Shown: positions 1 through 7,872 of the stretch, in pieces | Layout of the letters: each line of letters starts with the position of its first letter | Numbering within the stretch: the stretch's first letter is position 1 | Sequence record: NC_061444.1 | Length of the DNA stretch: 64,000 nt | Reading direction: 5' to 3' (one strand) | The notes under the pieces: generated by a model | Database searches by the model: none | The model's input: the letters and a program-made list of their open reading frames with translations, nothing else | Told to the model about the DNA's origin: nothing | Position numbers and translations under genes: made by a program

Positions 1-710
1 TACAGGTTTGGTGTTCCCCAGTATATAGAGAAGAAACTTCCGCCTGAGTTGTTGAAGTTGATGTTCTTATACGTGACTGCGTATTGCAACCTGTTAGCTG
101 GAACGCCGTTGGCGCCCATAACAATGTTACCGTTGCTTGACCATGCATACGAAGGACCAGCGACGTTAGTGAACGAATCCAACGTCTCAGGGTACACGAA
201 GACACCCATATTGGTTGTATACATGTTGTTGCCTTGCTGGCTGTTAAGCTGTCCATTGGCAACAATATTCAGTGTGCGGTCTATACCATAAGCAGCTTTC
301 GCTTGTGGTATGCTATCACCCGTCGGCACAGTAATCATACCGAGAGGATCACTCAGATTGAGAGCAAACTGACGTTCCATGTATCGGTAGCTCGGCACTG
401 TAGGTTGGTTCACAGGAGCAAGTGTTCCTGTTACTGTACCGTTATTGCTGGAATACGTATGGCTAACCAGACGAGTATGTAACCAGCGGCGTGTACCATC
501 AGCACTGACACCCGCTGCAGGGTTAAGCGGAATCTCTCCGTTTGTCGGATAGTCTCTGGCGCTCGTCACAGATTTTTCAGCACACAACTTAACGAACCCG
601 TTCCATGTCAAAGTGCCCATGTCTGGCTTAGGCGTGGACGCTTCGAACAGGAACAGGCTTCGTTCTATCATATGCTTTTGAGCGGTACGTTTTGACGGCA
701 CAAAAAGCAT
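1..710 (-). CDS. Hypothetical (likely virion fibre-associated) protein, truncated at window start
   Basis: Manual translation gives an open frame from ATG at 710 (MLFVPSKRTAQKHMIERSLFLFEASTPKPDMG...) to the window edge; not in the ORF track because it has no stop in the window. Confidence 0.75.
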   Translation of the reverse strand, partial: MLFVPSKRTAQKHMIERSLFLFEASTPKPDMGTLTWNGFVKLCAEKSVTSARDYPTNGEIPLNPAAGVSADGTRRWLHTRLVSHTYSSNNGTVTGTLAPVNQPTVPSYRYMERQFALNLSDPLGMITVPTGDSIPQAKAAYGIDRTLNIVANGQLNSQQGNNMYTTNMGVFVYPETLDSFTNVAGPSYAWSSNGNIVMGANGVPANRLQYAVTYKNINFNNSGGSFFSIYWGTPNL

Positions 711-722
711 ATGCCACCTACC

Positions 723-1319
723 TTAGTACAGAATGACAGTACCAGACTGCGCACTATCGAATGTGATGGTGAGCTGGCTGTTGCTGTCATGTACGATTGA
801 CTTAGGTTGAACCTCTTCCGTACCTTGATAGATGCGCACCGCTGGGTGATAGCCGAGATTGTGAGTAACAACCCACACAGCTTCATCAGTGAATGATGTG
901 GTGAACGCTACGGTAGGAGTAGGCAGACCGCTCTCGATACCAGACAGAAGCACAGCGGTACCGGCAACGGGTTCAGGGAACAGCACGATAGTCGTGTTTG
1001 CATCCTGAGCTTTGATGGAGGAAGGCTGAACCACTTCGCCGTTCTCGTCGTAGCACTGCACGATAGGCGTAGCAGTATTCATGTTGTGTGCGATTTCCCA
1101 GCGAGATGACGCAGATGCCTGAGCATAACGGTACATCGTCATTTGCTGCGTCAGTGGCACCCAGATAGGCAGAGTTTCGAACTCAACACAGAACATAAGA
1201 CGCTTGTCCATGAAGATTGCCATGCCGGGCTGCGGGTTCTCAGGCCAGTCAGTTACTTCTGCGAACTTAAAGTTCTTGATTGAGCCGAACGCTAAGTCTA
1301 AGCTCCCGATGACTTTCAT
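723..1319 (-). CDS. Virion structural protein with two W-x-x-x-HN(L/M)(G/N) beta-domains
   Basis: ORF 723..1361; start moved to MKVIG (1319), which has an AGGAGA RBS, because the longer start overlaps a terminator. Two repeats: RWEIAHNMN...VVQP and VWVVTHNLG...EVQP. Confidence 0.7.
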   Translation of the reverse strand: MKVIGSLDLAFGSIKNFKFAEVTDWPENPQPGMAIFMDKRLMFCVEFETLPIWVPLTQQMTMYRYAQASASSRWEIAHNMNTATPIVQCYDENGEVVQPSSIKAQDANTTIVLFPEPVAGTAVLLSGIESGLPTPTVAFTTSFTDEAVWVVTHNLGYHPAVRIYQGTEEVQPKSIVHDSNSQLTITFDSAQSGTVILY

Positions 1320-1338
1320 AAATCTTCTCCTGAAAGGT

Positions 1339-1366
1339 AAAAAGGGCAGGCAGATGCCCACCCTTT
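1339..1366 (-). terminator. Rho-independent terminator
   Basis: Minus strand GGGTGGGCA-TC-TGCCTGCCC-TTTTT downstream of 1388..3019. Confidence 0.75.
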
Positions 1367-1387
1367 ATTTTATGCTACTGAGTCGAA

Positions 1388-3019
1388 TTACACTTCTGGT
1401 TCAACGTAGGCGTTAGTACCAGTCACGAAAGCAATTGCGACTTTCTTAGCAGTAGTCAGCTCAACGCGCAGGCTGTTTGCGTCGATGAACACGATCTCAT
1501 CAGGAATGATCTGATAGCCGGTGTCGTCAACAACAGTAACGGTACCGTACTTCACGCCAGCGTTGTGGGTGAAGGTGTGCGCTGTAGCAGCAACATCACC
1601 GCTAGCGGTTTTGTCGTACTGGTACAGTTTAGCAGCGGAGCCGCCTGCAGAAGCTGCGATGGTGTCAACAACGAACTTCTTGCTTACCGCAGAGTTGTCC
1701 GTGTAGTCTGCGCTATCACCGGTCAGAGTGATTTCCACAACAGAGCCACCAGTAGCGTCGATGAAGCCGCCGGCAGTTTTAACCGCAGCAACGTCAACAG
1801 CGATTTTGCTATTGGTAGTGTCCTGTTTCAGGCCATCACCCAGAGCAGCAGCAGCAATCTGAGTGTAGCCAACGCCACCATCAGCAATTGCCAGACCATC
1901 TACAGAACGGGCCAGAGTAGCGCCGTCCAGTTTAACGCGAGTAGAACCAGCGTTATCTTCCAGACCACCAGCAGCGTCCAGCTTCGCAGTCACAGCGTTA
2001 GAGGTGATCTGAATACCAGCACCAACAACGACGTTAACAACGTTACCAGATTTGTTCAGACCGTCACCGGCGTTGAACTCAGAAGCACCGCCGAAGGTAG
2101 TCCAAACAGTGCCGTCAAAGCGACGATACTCTTTGATATCTTTGATCCACGTTACAGCGCCACCCGCTTCGCTGCCAGTTGGGTCGAACACGATCTTGAA
2201 CTCGGTACCATCATAGCGCACGATCATGTTATCAACCAGACCTGTGATGCTACCGAAGTTCGGGTTGATCTGGTCAGCAGCCAGAATCAGGTACTGCTTG
2301 CCAGCTACCAGCTCTGGGTCAAGAGTGCCGTCATGCTGGATAGCGTCAGAATCGTGCAGCCAGTCGATGCCAGCAATCGCGTTCTCGATATCAATCTTAC
2401 GCGCAGCATCGTTCGGGTTAGCTGGTGCAGCCAGGTTAGCAACGGTATTACCGTTAGCGTCGAGGTCACCAGTCAGTTGGCCATTAGCCGCGTTCAGCTT
2501 GCCGCCCAGAGCAGTTTCGTTCGCGTTAGCTTTGTTGCTAACAGCAGTGATCTGAGACTGGATGTTAGAGCTTGCGCCAGACAGATAGCCCAGTTCAGCA
2601 GCAGTGACGTTGGAGGTTTGCAGTTCGCTGTCAGCGCCAGCGATAACAACACCGTTCTCGGTCAGGCCGGTGATTTTGTCTTGCTTGGTAGAAACAACGG
2701 TTTCAACGTGTTTCTTAGAAACAGCAGCGTTGTCAGCAGAAGCAGACTGGTCAGGACCAGACAGTTCGAGGTCAGCGGTCATCGCCACTGTACCGTCTGC
2801 GAGGATAACGCCCTCTACAGAACCACCGCCAGTGCCGAACTCTTTGATTGCAGTACCGTCGAAGAATTTGTACTTCTTATCGGTGCTGTTATACCAGATA
2901 CGCGCTTCTTGTGATGCGACCAGATCGCCAACCTGTGGATCAGTTGCCAGAACTTCTGGACGGAAGTTCTTGATCTGTGCGCCTAACATTAAGTCAAGAT
3001 TACCAGTACGCATTGTCAT
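1388..3019 (-). CDS. Fibre-like virion protein (543 aa)
   Basis: Stalk-like motif LDANGNTVANLAAPANPNDAARK, Gly/Ala-rich beta repeats, C-terminal FTHNAG domain; strongly biased codon usage. Confidence 0.65.
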   Translation of the reverse strand: MTMRTGNLDLMLGAQIKNFRPEVLATDPQVGDLVASQEARIWYNSTDKKYKFFDGTAIKEFGTGGGSVEGVILADGTVAMTADLELSGPDQSASADNAAVSKKHVETVVSTKQDKITGLTENGVVIAGADSELQTSNVTAAELGYLSGASSNIQSQITAVSNKANANETALGGKLNAANGQLTGDLDANGNTVANLAAPANPNDAARKIDIENAIAGIDWLHDSDAIQHDGTLDPELVAGKQYLILAADQINPNFGSITGLVDNMIVRYDGTEFKIVFDPTGSEAGGAVTWIKDIKEYRRFDGTVWTTFGGASEFNAGDGLNKSGNVVNVVVGAGIQITSNAVTAKLDAAGGLEDNAGSTRVKLDGATLARSVDGLAIADGGVGYTQIAAAALGDGLKQDTTNSKIAVDVAAVKTAGGFIDATGGSVVEITLTGDSADYTDNSAVSKKFVVDTIAASAGGSAAKLYQYDKTASGDVAATAHTFTHNAGVKYGTVTVVDDTGYQIIPDEIVFIDANSLRVELTTAKKVAIAFVTGTNAYVEPEV

Positions 3020-3037
3020 TCTCCTGAGTGCGTGGGA

Positions 3038-3781
3038 TTAGAAGAAGTTACTTTCGCAATCATCAAGGCTGCAACGCAGTGCTTGATATGCAGTGATTCG
3101 TTCTTCCGTTAGATTGATATACTTATCATCAATATTGTACTTCACTCGGACAGGAACATTGTACCCGTCGAGTAGGCCGTGTCGTTGATACACTTCAAGG
3201 CGAAGTACCGGTGCGCTGACCTGTCCGTGTTCCATGATGTTCAGGTCAATTTTGTCGGCGTAGATGAACGGACGCTCTCTGTTACACAAGATGTAGTCTA
3301 TCTCATGCAAATTAAAGAGTGTGAAATTCATATAGCCAATAATGAACTCCGCAATCAGCCTAAATGTCTCCGACATGTCAGACCGAAACTGTTGTGTGAG
3401 AATCAGGTCAACGTGCGGTCGTATCGCTACGCGCATGTCATACCAACTCTCACAGAACAGCGCTGGGAAGTCTTCAGGGTGATGAGCCATAAGGCCCAAC
3501 ACATCATTTTCCGTATCTGCGAAAGAGCTTAGGATTTCAGTGGCATCCTCATCTGTCTGAATGCCACAGCCAGTTGAAATAAAACGACGCTCAATGTCTC
3601 TCAACCAAGACTCTGATGCAGATAGGTATTGAAGCAGTGTTTCTCTTGCGGCAGCCGTGAACTCATGCCTGGTAGAGTCAAGGACTTCTCCAAGCATAAA
3701 GGCTTTCGCTTTGTAGAAATCACTATAGCGTTCGGCAGTAAACCGTCTGAACCCTATGTTATTCTTCAAATAGCCCATCAT
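3038..3781 (-). CDS. Hypothetical protein (247 aa)
   Basis: Long ORF overlapping the upstream stop; no recognised motif. Confidence 0.7.
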   Translation of the reverse strand: MMGYLKNNIGFRRFTAERYSDFYKAKAFMLGEVLDSTRHEFTAAARETLLQYLSASESWLRDIERRFISTGCGIQTDEDATEILSSFADTENDVLGLMAHHPEDFPALFCESWYDMRVAIRPHVDLILTQQFRSDMSETFRLIAEFIIGYMNFTLFNLHEIDYILCNRERPFIYADKIDLNIMEHGQVSAPVLRLEVYQRHGLLDGYNVPVRVKYNIDDKYINLTEERITAYQALRCSLDDCESNFF

Positions 3782-4296
3782 CGCAATGCCCTCAAATCAT
3801 TCAACTCCGCGTTGCCTTGAGCATTCGGGGTTGTATAAAGAGAACTGGATATGCTCTGCAATCGCAGACCGAGCTTCTCAAGTTCCTGCTGGTTCCCGCC
3901 CAACTTGTCAAGCACTTCGCGCATAAGATCGACTGAGCTTTGATGGTCACGGGACTGCTGAGAGATGATACGTTCAAAGCGCTGCATCGCACGAAGAACA
4001 GAGTTCAAGCCCTCTTTCATATCCAAATTATCGACTGGCGCGGAGTCGGAGATTGCTTGAATCATCCGCATCATTTGCGCCAAGTCGGCTTGCAGCAGAC
4101 CATCATCTGGATTGATAGTGGCCGCTGCTGCTTCCAGCTCTGCGTTCCGCGACTTCAACTGCTCCAGCTCCTCAAGCTGAGGAAGCAGTTTCAACCAAAC
4201 GTAGGCACCGCCCGCGATTAGTAGAACAACAGAGAAGACAGTCGCGTAGTTGGACGCAAGCAACTTGTCTAAAATATCCGCCCACATTATATTCAA
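3778..4296 (-). CDS. Single-pass membrane protein with coiled-coil C-terminus
   Basis: Hydrophobic segment YATVFSVVLLIAGGAYVWLKLL followed by heptad-rich helices. Confidence 0.7.
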   Translation of the reverse strand: MNIMWADILDKLLASNYATVFSVVLLIAGGAYVWLKLLPQLEELEQLKSRNAELEAAAATINPDDGLLQADLAQMMRMIQAISDSAPVDNLDMKEGLNSVLRAMQRFERIISQQSRDHQSSVDLMREVLDKLGGNQQELEKLGLRLQSISSSLYTTPNAQGNAELNDLRALR

Positions 4297-4577
4297 CCCT
4301 TACAGGTGTTATCGTTCAGGTCGACGATGACCCGTTCGGCACCTGGTTCGTTTACGTCAGTGGTTTTGTACGTGTGCGCCATCCGAGGCTTGAACTCTAA
4401 GCAGCTCTGCCCGTAACGACCATCAACAACACAAATGGCCGACAAGCAACTGACATCTTCCTTGAGAATTAAGTTTTCAGGAGATTGGTTAACACTCCTA
4501 ACAGCAGTGATCACGAAACCCACCACAGCGAGAGAAATGACAACCACAATGGCAATCCTAATTCGCTTGGCTTGCAT
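4293..4577 (-). CDS. Small N-terminally anchored membrane/exported protein with four Cys
   Basis: MQAKRIR followed by IAIVVVISLAVVGFVITAV; Cys-containing C-terminal domain. Confidence 0.7.
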   Translation of the reverse strand: MQAKRIRIAIVVVISLAVVGFVITAVRSVNQSPENLILKEDVSCLSAICVVDGRYGQSCLEFKPRMAHTYKTTDVNEPGAERVIVDLNDNTCKG

Positions 4578-4612
4578 TTCGGTTTCTACCTCATGGTCCT
4601 TTTATATGACTG

Positions 4613-4620
4613 AAATTAGC
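4613..4620 (-). promoter_or_regulatory. Candidate phage promoter motif GCTAATTT
   Basis: Intergenic, 36 nt upstream of ATG 4577; same octamer recurs upstream of other genes. Confidence 0.5.
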
Positions 4621-4641
4621 GAACCACTTGAATATAGGAGG

Positions 4642-5667
4642 TTATTCCTCCAATACTCCGCTAATCTCCGAGAACATATTTTTGTACACTAAGGAACCAT
4701 CCAGCTTGTCCAGTCTATCAACGAGAACATACAGTCTGGGTGACGTGCGAATATTAGTCCACGTCTTCTCATTACGATCAAGTCCACCAAGTGTCGGGAC
4801 AATGACTATGCTGAGATTTTTGTTTGCCCTGACGAAGCCTACGTCGATGTGCTTCCTGTTTATACTCCTGAACAGCCTGTTGATTGCGTCCAAACCTACA
4901 GGCCGATTAAATTCCGTATCACTGACTGTATTGACTAAGCTGATGAGTATCCCTTTGTCCTTACCTTCGATCTCAAACAACGCAGCTTTCAGGTCAGCAA
5001 CCGTCGAAGCAGAGAAGTATGAAACATCGTGGTTATAGTCCTTGAGACAACTGCCGAGCGCACGGGCAGATTCGATATGCGCAGCATTGTCATCTCTAAG
5101 GATATACACAGGAGCGTCTGCTTGGTAAGTCCGAGCAGCCATGAGATTGATAAGATCACAAGAGGGCTTGCCTACTGTGGCTAAGCCCTTATTTGCAATG
5201 AAAAACTTATCTTTGTACACATCGTAAATGTTTGGTGGCATGTACTTCATGTAATCATCGTCCAGACTAAGAATCATTCGAGGCTTAGTTAACTGGACGA
5301 CGAGTTGCATACTGCGAAGTGATGCCCTATATTCCGTATCAGATAAAACTCGACTAATCGGAAGGTATTGTACGACAACGAATCGGTCATCAATCGAATC
5401 GACAACCGAACGTATGAGCGTACTGCCTAGCGAGGGACCGGCAGAGAATTGGGTAACGAGCATCAAGCTATCTTCAACTAAGCCTTTAGACTCTGACAGC
5501 GTGATACCGTTACCCGTTTGCTTTACCGAACGCTCCCACGTTATTGTGGGGTCGTCTCGCTGATCGGCATGTACATCAATTGCGCTACACCAGAGACAGG
5601 CTCCAAGAATGTAAGCAGCAATACGTTGTCTGGATCTGCTTCTGCCGGGTTGACGGTTTCCGGCCAT
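4642..5667 (-). CDS. Exported protein resembling type I periplasmic-binding / ABC substrate-binding-like sensor domains
   Basis: Signal-peptide-like N-terminus (RQRIAAYILGACLWCSAIDVHA); KPRMILSLDDDYMKY and VYILRDD...STVADLKAALFEI resemble ABC_sub_bind-type domains (recognition by eye). Confidence 0.5.
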   Translation of the reverse strand: MAGNRQPGRSRSRQRIAAYILGACLWCSAIDVHADQRDDPTITWERSVKQTGNGITLSESKGLVEDSLMLVTQFSAGPSLGSTLIRSVVDSIDDRFVVVQYLPISRVLSDTEYRASLRSMQLVVQLTKPRMILSLDDDYMKYMPPNIYDVYKDKFFIANKGLATVGKPSCDLINLMAARTYQADAPVYILRDDNAAHIESARALGSCLKDYNHDVSYFSASTVADLKAALFEIEGKDKGILISLVNTVSDTEFNRPVGLDAINRLFRSINRKHIDVGFVRANKNLSIVIVPTLGGLDRNEKTWTNIRTSPRLYVLVDRLDKLDGSLVYKNMFSEISGVLEE

Positions 5668-6365
5668 AGGACTTCTCCTCTCTCGTCAGTGACGTAAGGA
5701 ATGCCTGCCCCTTTGCCCAATCCATGACGCAAAGCCCATACTGTGTCGGCATTCTCTTGCACAAACACAAGCCCTTTAACCGTTGCCTCGCCAGTCGCGT
5801 TTTCCAGTGCAGTGACGCGCGAAGTAAGTAACTGTGCGTCAGACTGAATAGTTCGAATCGCAGCGAGGTTCGAGTTAACGCGCTGGTTCATGTTGTTAAA
5901 CATGGTGAAGAACGAGTTGTTCATCGCCGTGCGAACGCCGTCCGTATAGGACTTAGGAATCAGCTCATCGTTGTCAAACGTTGTCACGCCTGTACGAACG
6001 AGAACTTTACCGGTAAGACGTCCACCACTTGCGCTGATAATCTGAGGCGCTGGCAAATCAGCTTCGTCCCAGACTTGAACAGTGGTCATCACCGTGTTGT
6101 AGTCAGTCTCTTCCTGCCACGTATTTTTGTACGGAGCAGTAGCAGTCTTAGACTTACGGCGCAGAACTTTTTTATAGTTAGCGCTCGTGCCGTCTGCGAT
6201 AATCCAGAGACCGTTCAGTGGAAAGACATGCGTAACAGGTTCGGCGAACGCTAAGATGATCATAACGTCTGCGCTTACCTTGTACACGATATTGTTCGAC
6301 GCTGACAGACCTTGCTGCTGGGCAAGACTAATCAACGTGTCCACGTAGTTAGTCAACTGGCTCAT
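5541..6365 (-). CDS. Virion structural protein with C-terminal W-x-x-x-HGLG domain
   Basis: 274 aa; short coiled coil then VWALRHGLG...EVLWP domain paralogous to 723..1319. Confidence 0.7.
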   Translation of the reverse strand: MSQLTNYVDTLISLAQQQGLSASNNIVYKVSADVMIILAFAEPVTHVFPLNGLWIIADGTSANYKKVLRRKSKTATAPYKNTWQEETDYNTVMTTVQVWDEADLPAPQIISASGGRLTGKVLVRTGVTTFDNDELIPKSYTDGVRTAMNNSFFTMFNNMNQRVNSNLAAIRTIQSDAQLLTSRVTALENATGEATVKGLVFVQENADTVWALRHGLGKGAGIPYVTDERGEVLWPETVNPAEADPDNVLLLTFLEPVSGVAQLMYMPISETTPQ

Positions 6366-6825
6366 CCGAGACTCCTAACGTTTTAAGAAGGGTAGAACTT
6401 GAATCGGAGAAGGCCTTAGCAATAAGTTTGGCAGCAGCCTTATCGACGACGAGAGTGCTGATACGCCCTTTTGTATTGCACACGATAGTCTGTGGCGAAT
6501 ACTGCGCGAGAGCAAGGGCGAATAGCAGATGATTACCCAAGTCACCAGAGATACTCACTTCAACGTCCAGTTCAGGCACGTAGACATTCTGGTTAATTGT
6601 GGCAACAAACTGCGCCAGCACTTCCGGGTCGTGCTCAGGAGGCGCTGTATCATATCCTGCTACAAGATCAATCTGACCAGTAGCAGGGTCGTATGCGAAA
6701 GCTGATGGGTCACCGAGGATGCGACTGAATAGCTCGTCACTTACCTCGATGCAGTCATCGTCTGTCTTCTCACGCACACGGCCGACAATCGAGTTATCGG
6801 CACGGTTGATTCTGATAATCGGCAT
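6349..6825 (-). CDS. Hypothetical protein, possible fibre assembly chaperone
   Basis: ORF 6349..6834, ATG at 6825 (MPIIR); lies directly downstream of a fibre gene. Confidence 0.55.
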   Translation of the reverse strand: MPIIRINRADNSIVGRVREKTDDDCIEVSDELFSRILGDPSAFAYDPATGQIDLVAGYDTAPPEHDPEVLAQFVATINQNVYVPELDVEVSISGDLGNHLLFALALAQYSPQTIVCNTKGRISTLVVDKAAAKLIAKAFSDSSSTLLKTLGVSDEPVD

Positions 6826-6826
6826 A

Positions 6827-7648
6827 TTAATCACCTACCGCTGTGTACCAGAAGTCCCAGCCAGCAGTGTTAGTGCCAGTAGACTTAATGGTGAAGCCAC
6901 CTAACAAGGCGTTCTCATTCATCGCGCTAGTACCATCCAAGTTGTAGAGCGTGTATGTCTTCGCTTGGTTGAGTGCAGCATTCACAAACGTAATCTGAAT
7001 GCTGATACAGCGGTTGATGAATGCCGTGTTAAACACAACGTGAATTGTGTCTGTGGTTGATGCGTTCACGACTCGACCCATGTTATGAGTAAAGCCAGTG
7101 TTCATATCACGGTTGCTGCCAACCCATGCGTTAGGGATAACAGCACCAGTCACAGGGTTCAGTGCTTGCGATACACGATACTCGTCGATAGCAGCATCAC
7201 GACCTGGGCTACCGGTAGGACCAGTAGCGCCAGTAGGCCCAACAGCGCCTGTGTTGCCAGTAGCGCCTACAGGACCCGTGTTGCCAGTAGGACCGTTGCG
7301 GCCACGCGGACCACGAGGGCCCGGGCAACCGTCTTCACCGTCACGGCCATCGCGTCCGTCAGCTCCGGGAAGACCGCGTAAGCCTTCTTTACCCTGCTTA
7401 CCTTCGCGGCCAGATTTAAGCTGGTCAGCAGTGGGCAGACCTAGAACGTTTGATTGACTACCGTCAGGCCAGATGATCGTTAGCGTACCGGTAGTCGTAT
7501 CGAACTGCGCACCCTGAGAGCCGGGAATCTTTGCAGCTTCTGCTGGGTCGATAAACGCAACAGCAGTGGCCGTCTTCTTACCTAACACTTTACCAATGGG
7601 GTCAGTGCCACCGTCGATGAGTGCAGGATTAATCTTCGTAAGAGACAT
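6827..7648 (-). CDS. Collagen-like fibre protein (paralogue 4)
   Basis: Continuous Gly-X-Y run from GREGKQ to GRD; conserved FDTTTGTL...GLPT pre-domain; C-terminal beta tip domain. Confidence 0.85.
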   Translation of the reverse strand: MSLTKINPALIDGGTDPIGKVLGKKTATAVAFIDPAEAAKIPGSQGAQFDTTTGTLTIIWPDGSQSNVLGLPTADQLKSGREGKQGKEGLRGLPGADGRDGRDGEDGCPGPRGPRGRNGPTGNTGPVGATGNTGAVGPTGATGPTGSPGRDAAIDEYRVSQALNPVTGAVIPNAWVGSNRDMNTGFTHNMGRVVNASTTDTIHVVFNTAFINRCISIQITFVNAALNQAKTYTLYNLDGTSAMNENALLGGFTIKSTGTNTAGWDFWYTAVGD

Positions 7649-7659
7649 GGGCTAAACTC

Positions 7660-7863
7660 CTAACCAGTCAGTGTTGTCCAATCAGGTTGTCCCGATTGTC
7701 CGGCTTCTGGGTTTTTGACTTTCGTGTTATTGACAGTCATACGAATCCAACGCACACTGCCGTCAGAATCTTGCCACCGGACTTTCGTTCCACCGTATGC
7801 TAAATTAGCTACCCATCTGTCTCTGCTCGGGTCTTTGAATGCTAAACGTGCATAAGCTGGCAT
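7660..7863 (-). CDS. Small fibre adaptor-like protein (67 aa)
   Basis: GGAG RBS; Trp-spaced pattern similar to the N-terminus of 10796..12814. Confidence 0.65.
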   Translation of the reverse strand: MPAYARLAFKDPSRDRWVANLAYGGTKVRWQDSDGSVRWIRMTVNNTKVKNPEAGQSGQPDWTTLTG

Positions 7864-7872
7864 AAGCTCTCC

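Noticed and set aside
1320-1361. Longer N-terminus MGICLPFLPFRRRF for 723..1361
   Set aside because: Overlaps a terminator hairpin; the downstream ATG has a proper RBS
1565-2914. 449-aa plus-strand ORF and many similar plus-strand ORFs across the window
   Set aside because: Antisense shadows of strongly codon-biased minus-strand genes; no RBS or protein-like motifs
7802-7809. Another GCTAATTT copy
   Set aside because: Inside a CDS and about 150 nt from the next start; likely chance
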